DNA of 64,000 nt, taken from contig VJWM01000025.1 of the NCBI GenBank assembly GCA_010909165.1, forward strand, positions 2,294,001-2,358,000, read 5' to 3'. This document shows positions 57,631 to 64,000 of this stretch, piece after piece. Origin of the DNA: Anthoceros angustus (lineage: Eukaryota; Plantae; Anthocerotophyta). Made by a program: the position numbers and the translations under genes. The notes under the pieces are model-generated. The model was not told the DNA's origin. It was given only the letters and a program-made list of their open reading frames with translations, and ran no database searches. Numbering within the stretch: the stretch's first letter is position 1; every line of letters begins with the position of its first letter.

Positions 57631-59899
57631 TTCAGAGCCAAGGCAACCTCCTCCGGATCCGTTCCTGCGCAGCACGCACTGGCATCATGAACACGGGCAA
57701 GCATCGAAGTATGCATTGCTGGCTAGCAAAGCATACATGGGTCAACAACACCACCCATCTGCCACAGCATGAGGCCATGTACGTGCAGGACTAACCAGGA
57801 TGGCACAACGCACGAATGAGCAAGCGAAGCTCCTTCGCAGCAGCAACTCACGTCTGCCACGCCCCGAGATTCCTACACCGCGCGACGGGGAGACAGGGGA
57901 GGAAGAACGCCGCCCAATTCAGCTCCTTGGAAGCAACCTTCAGGCACACGAGACTGAGGAGACCCGTGTTGCTTCGCTGCTTGAACTGCAGGGAGGATTG
58001 CAGCGATGCAACGCAGGGCCGGGACCGAAGGCTCTAATCTGTGAGGACGCTGGAGGAGACGGCAATCCCCGGCCCGGGAATGCGAGTACGCGACAGCAGG
58101 CACTTCGAAGAAACAAGGCTCCCGAATACCGATGCAAAGGCAAGCGAGGAAGAGGCATCTCCGTTGATAGAGCCTTGGGTTGAAGTCTTCAACTCGAGGG
58201 ATGAGACGAGCTGAGAAAGAGAGAAGCCTTCAACTTCAAGGCTGAGAAGCTGAGCAAGGGAACAGCTTGCCAGAGGCGGGGCCCGCCACCACAGTGGCAT
58301 GGCATGTTGAGCCATCTCTCTTCTCCGTGCCTCCCGCTTTCCTCCATCGTACAAAGGTCGGTACCGATCTCATCTGCGAGGGATATGTGCTGTACGTACG
58401 TACACGCACGTTGAACTGCGCATTGACGCGGTGGGACTGGGTCGCGGCGCCTCTGCTTCCTGGCACGAGCTGCCGTCCTACCGTCCTGCCGTCCTGCCGT
58501 CCTGCCGTACTGGATTTTTTCAGTGAATTCGGAGATTTTATAGATATTTTAAAATGTTAAATTATTTTTTAAATTTAAAGAATTTATAGATATTTAAGTC
58601 TCCATCTAAGTTTCACACAATAAGGGCATAATGTTTATAATAAGGGGCTCCGTAGTGTAGTATTAGATGATTTGTAGCAAGAGTAGAAAAATATGATTCT
58701 AGAATCATATCCTTGTGTCATGCTATTGACCCTATATTTAACTATGCAGGCCTATCATTTAACACCATTTAAACATGGCATCTAGGTACTAAAAACTAAG
58801 AGAAAATCTTAGAAGTGATAATGTTGTTTCTATATATGTGTGTCCAAAGTTATAAGAAGATAATGTTATTCTAAAGTTTTTTCCAAGAGTTGATATCTTC
58901 TTAGTTTGCTTGTATGTAGTTTAGCTTCCTTGTTAATGCTTGCGAAGTGAAGCTCATCGTTGTTCAGAAGCATGATACAGGTTCAACAATTGTGTACCTT
59001 CTCTATTTCAAAGTTATGTCAGATACCTAATAGGTTAGAAAAAGACACGAACCAGAAGTATGCCGAGGCCAAACTTGTAAAGTGATACGCGGAGGCTAAA
59101 CCTATAAAGTGATAATTGCAGAACATTCAGCCAACTTTGTTTGCAAAGCTCTAAGTAAGTGACTTCTACCTCCTATTACTTGCTTTTGAACGGACTTCAG
59201 TCATTAGCCAAAGCAACCTAGTAGCAACAATGTGCACAACACAAGCCAAATCAAGCCTCTCAAAATAATGTCTAAGTTAAAACAAGTTAAGACAAGTTAA
59301 CTTGTTTAAGACAAATTATTTCTTTGAACATTTCTTTTTAGTAACCTTGAATAATTCCTTATGACTCTTCTTAATTTTACTTAACAACTACGTCTATTTG
59401 AATACAAACTAGGTACTATATGCCCAGTGTTGGAGGCATGTACTACATATGAATAAGAAAAACTCACCAATAAGATGCTCTAGGGATTTGCAATAATTAA
59501 TTTATAAATTATTTTAGTAACGTAGAGAAATCTAATTGGAAAGATAATTAGGAAAGTAGAAGAAGAAGAAGAATTTTATTTAAGTCCACTAAGAACGGAT
59601 TTCCGTCATGGGACTTGATACTTAACAACTTGTACCATTGTGTGCCTAAGATACTTGCACCAAGGGCATCCACTCCCTATAGACACCCCATTTAAGTACC
59701 GATCTAAGCTCAGGATGCTTAATCACGGTGTTCTTAGTCCATTTGGCCTAAGCCATTAGGTATTAAGCACTAGGTAATGGGAAAATATGAACGGGACGAT
59801 AAGTACCGACCGATAGAGCACTTTAGAAGTCTGTATGTCATGTTAGAGTCATAACATACAGCTGGAGGGCAAAGTTCCGTCATAACCGCACTTTGTGCA

Positions 59900-61620
59900 T
59901 GATATGTATGTACATAAAAAGGCAGCAGTCAGGAGGCGCCTAAGCACAGCACCTGTGGCTCACGCTCCTGATTCACAGTTTGAGAAGGTCCGTGGGAGAC
60001 AAAGCTGGGCTCTCTTCAATGCTATCGTCATGTCCATGCTGTCCAACCAGGAAAGTTGTGTACTTGATGTTGATGCTCCATCCAGCTTTGATCAGGCTTC
60101 TTCCATGCACCTCCTGTATGTCTCAGTTCATTCACTTCCTCGGCGGAACACGACAGTCCACCATGAGCATCGACCCTTGCAACTGCAACAACCATTTGCA
60201 AACCAATACCGCACAGCGATGTCTCTTTGCTCACGCCTTCAAATGAAATTCGTGGGATTGTGGCAGGCAGTCACTGCACAAGCGTAGGTTCTTCGTTGCC
60301 ACCAGAGGTGTAACACTCGGAAGTGTTCAGGAGACCAAACGCCAGACCTAGCTTCTCAGCATGCCCACAAAGCATATATTCCTTTTCCTTCTAACGCAGT
60401 GGCCTCAGCACCGACTTTGCGTAAGGTACATGGCCTCCTTCCTGCGTCAGACGTACATGCTTTTACCTTAAGCGCAATGTATCAGCTAGCTTCTCAGCAT
60501 GCCCTCAAAGCACATCTTCCTTTTCCTTCTCACACAGTGGCTTCAGCTAGCACCAACTTTGTGGCAGGTACCTGGCCTCCTTCCTGCTTTAGACGTGCAT
60601 TTGTCTCGGCCTTAAGCTTGCTGTCGTCTCTTCGCTTCTCCCACCAGAAGCAAATCTTAATTCACCTCATTGCCCGCCTCTGCAGGTTTCTTGTTAGCTC
60701 CTGCTACTTTCTGTGTTTCAAGTCTTGTCTACATCGGTCCATGGACAGCTACCGCCATCTGCTTAGGCATTGGCCACGAGGACATAAGAAGACGCTCATG
60801 GAGGGTCCAGTCTAACAATGCTTTCAAAACACCATATTGCCCGCTCGATATCCCCGTGACTTTTGCATGCATTCAACAAAGATGTCAATCCACAACACTA
60901 CTTTTGGCCCTCACAGGATAAAGGCATCTTCTTTGCCTTATCTATCGGAATGGGCTGCGCGCCAAAAAAGATCTAGCATGCCAGTTTGATGCTCAATAGT
61001 AGGTTAGATGCCATGCCATTTAGCCATGGAATCAAAAGTTTACCAGTTCTCATGACTGCATGCTACTAAAAGGCAAGTAAAAGTAGCACCATCAGGCTGA
61101 ATACCAGCAACTAACGCCTCCTCAAAACAAGCTAGCATGTGGTCTGTAGCATACCACATATTAGTTTGTGGCAAAGCTGCCATAAACCCGCCGTGCATCT
61201 TCCAGTTTTCCAGTTTCCCCCCATTTTGCATACATGTCCACCAGGCAGTTGCCCAACACTACGTTATGCACCAATTCAAAGATAACGATCTGTGTAATGT
61301 ACATGCCTGGCCTTGTAAAACATGTGGCCTTCACAAGGAAAGCAAAAGTAACATGGTAAGCCAAAACGAGATCTTCTGTTCCATTTCTCCTTCCAGAACA
61401 ACCGGCTCCTAGCCGAACCTTTGCTGGACATAGCCAGCAATCACCACATCCTTTGTGGGCAAGCTTTCAAAAACCGGGCATGCAATCTCCCAGTTCACCG
61501 CATTTTGAGTAATGTCCACCAGGGAGTTTCCAACAAACAAGTCAGGACGGATGCCTTCTTTTCTGCTAGATTCCAAGTCGGTGACAAAATGCAAAAGCTT
61601 GAATTGATATAACAATTCGC
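59900..61620 (-). pseudogene. PPR-DYW:KP (U-to-C type) pseudogene, copy 1
   Basis: Broken frames read LGNCLVDMYAK, PDGATFTCLLVACSH, SLLNACKSHGDIERAIWCFESIVRLDP, AGANKKPAEA, LCGHAEKLGLAFGLLNT...VATKNLRLCSDC, CHNPTNFI...REQRDIAVR, FANGCCSCKGRC; many stops and indels. Confidence 0.88.
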
Positions 61621-62739
61621 CTTCACTCACAAATTTTGACAGTGAGGTCATGAACTCGTCAATCCACAACCATATCTTTCTTAGCTGCACACACATATGG
61701 AAGTCTATGTGCACTAAATAGTCCAGGTGATTGTGTGACGAGTGCAAAGGGTTTCTAATTACGTTTGCTTTTCCAAAAATAATGTAGTTAGTTAACTTAG
61801 TGTGTTAGCATAATTAACTACTTAATACACCTGAGTGCATTAAGTAGTTTTGCACGACACCTATTGTATACCCATGTATAGTCTTTTCAACTATGAGGCA
61901 ACTCCACCATGAACCTCCTATAAAGCTTTTAAAGCTCAATCAAGTCCAAGTTCTCTTGGTTACTAACTAACTTCGCCATTTCCAATCTTAATGAATCAAA
62001 TCTTCATAATTTCAATTCCCCTCCTCAATGAAATCGCTATGATTCGAACACGAAACCTAATTGAACAGAAATCTTCTAACAGAGCGTTAAACGTATGGAG
62101 TCAGACACACAGTCATAGTGAAATCTTCTCATATAGAGTTAGATGTATGGATTGGGATACGTAATCATTGCATCACCAATCGTTGTGTTATAATAAGGTT
62201 ACTGATAAGTCAATCTATCGTTCTTAGAAGAACATTCCTCTTCTCCCTTTGGAATAGGAGAAATCTCTCTGCAAGTTTCTTACAGCATGTCTTATTATTT
62301 GACATAACCGTTTATTATTTTTCCTTTTGATGTCCTCTACTAGATGGCCTCTCCCCATCATCTCCACCACTTAATAAAAAAAATATTTCTTAATTCTACT
62401 CAATATTTAAATTTATTTTAAATATTAGGTATCACATACCCGTATCAAGTATAAGAATTAAAATTGTGAGGTAAATATTACAAAAAAATCTAAAAATACA
62501 AATCATTAGGGAATCGACTTACTGTAATTTAATTTATGATTATTTTTATAACAAGAAAATGAGTTAAAAAAGTATAGGATTAGGAATCAATAGAAAATCA
62601 ACACTGTATGTTAAGTTGAGCACCGACCGGTTAAAGTAAATATTTCCATTAGAAAGCATGATAAGGATAGTGAGTCACGTACTGGTACATAGCTCTAGTG
62701 CAAACTATCGTCAAGTCCTGGTGAACGGGAGATAACATG

Positions 62740-64000
62740 TACTTCGCGCATAATAAATGGGCAGCCGGCCCGTGGCCAAGCACGGCTCTTGTGGGGTTAC
62801 CTCCGGATCCAAAGCTTGAGAAGGTCCGATCATTTGAAAAGGTTTTCTGAGGTGTTCTATGCATCTGCAGTCCGCGATGTTGTCACGAGGAATGCGTAAG
62901 TTGAGCATGTGTAATACCATCGTTTCTGACTGATCGTTTTTCTCCTTGTTAGGGAGAAGGTTGGAAGAAAGGAGTTCTTCCAATGGCCTCTGCAATCACT
63001 GCCTTCAGGCTTCCTTACTCTCAGTGGGAGACAGGATAGTGGGCTCTCTTCTAAGTCGTCGTCATGTCTACCCTGTCCAACCAGGAATGTTGAGTAGTTG
63101 ATGTTGATGCTCGATCCACCTCTGACCATGCACCTGCTGCCTGTGTCAGGTCATCCACTGTTGGCGGAACCCAGCAGTCCAGCATCAACATCGACCCTTA
63201 CAACTGCAACAGCCATTGGCAGTGACTGCACATGCGTAGATTCTCCGTTACCACCAGGGTATCCCACTCGGAGGGTTCAAGAGACCTAACGCCAGAGCTA
63301 GCCTCTCAGCATGTCCACTCTTCCTTTCCCTTCTCATACAGTGGCTTCAGCACCAACTCTGTGTCATGAGGTACGTGGCCTCCTTCCTGCTTTCAGACGT
63401 GCATTCGTGCTCTCTGCCTTAAGCGCAATATCCTTCCTTCTTCTCCCACCAGAGACCTATGTACCTGCTTGTTCACCTCAATGCTCGCCACTGCAGGTTT
63501 TTTGGTAACTCCTGCTACTGTTCTCTGGGTTTCAATTCTGTCTACATCGGTCCACCTAGCTGCATCTGCGCAGGCACTGCCATCAGCACGTACAAAGTCC
63601 CAGCCTGACAGTGCTTTCAAAACACCACATCGGCCTCCGCCTTTCCACATCGGCCTCCGCCTTTCCACATCGGCCTCCGCCTTTCCACATCGGCCTCCGC
63701 CTTTCCACATCGGCCTCCGCCTTTCCACATCGGCCTCCGCCTTTCCACATTGGCCTCCGCCTTTCCACATCGGCCTCCGCCTTTTTTGCAGGTCCAGGAC
63801 AGGGAAGACCTCATCCCACAAGTTTACTCTGCCCTTCACATTTTGAAGAGCAGCATGTTTTCCTCTGGCCTTCACATGAAGTGAGCAGTATGTTCTCTGC
63901 CTCATCTAGAGGCTTGCACGCCCAAGGAGATGAATCATGCAATTTATGCTCTGTAGTTGGTTTGGTGCTATGCTGTTCAGCCACTAGAAGGCAAGCAAAA
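62740..64000 (-). pseudogene. PPR-DYW:KP pseudogene, copy 2 (5' part continues beyond the window)
   Basis: LGRASLLDEAENILL, ADAARWTDVDRIETQRTVAGVTKKPAVASIEVNKQVHR.LVGEE, GGHVPHDTELVLKPLYEKGKEE, GHAERLALALGLLNPP...ENLRMCSHC, ANGCCSCKGRC*; collinear with copy 1. Confidence 0.88.
63625..63784. repeat. 20-bp minisatellite, 8 copies, inside the E1 motif of DYW:KP copy 2
   Basis: Unit CCACATCGGCCTCCGCCTTT. Confidence 0.95.

Noticed and set aside
57800-58560. Several 70-127-aa ORFs upstream of protein B
   Set aside because: GC-rich leader/promoter with a GTGAGT donor near 57850; better explained as 5' UTR

Overview
Compact, GC-rich nuclear DNA from a non-seed land plant. Evidence: GT-AG introns of about 70-300 bp, a group IId WRKY, a plastid-type enoyl-ACP reductase and PLS-class PPR genes. 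DYW:KP-type PPR remnants (KKPA box, HAE motif) point to a lineage with U-to-C organellar editing. Together with the small introns and gene density, a hornwort is my best guess (inference; a small-genome fern or non-Selaginella lycophyte is not excluded). Apparently intact genes: a TPR protein (WTG1-like), a TBC1D15-like RabGAP, a small TM/coiled-coil protein, a WRKY IId, ENR, a PPR-E+ gene and two giant intronless repeat proteins. Degenerate elements: a Crypton-like tyrosine recombinase, an RTE-X-like LINE, LTR debris, a diverged SDE2 copy, two TFIIB relics, a stray ENR fragment and two DYW:KP pseudogenes. Three leads stand out. (1) Both DYW:KP copies end directly on a fossil E2/PG-box tail of another PPR type, which suggests a deaminase cassette swap. 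(2) The two giant disordered proteins look paralogous, carry independently expanded repeats, and have dehydrin Y-segment-like motifs. (3) An intron-containing Crypton-like recombinase sits in a plant genome. No tRNA, rRNA or CRISPR array was recognised. All exon boundaries and alignments were read by eye.
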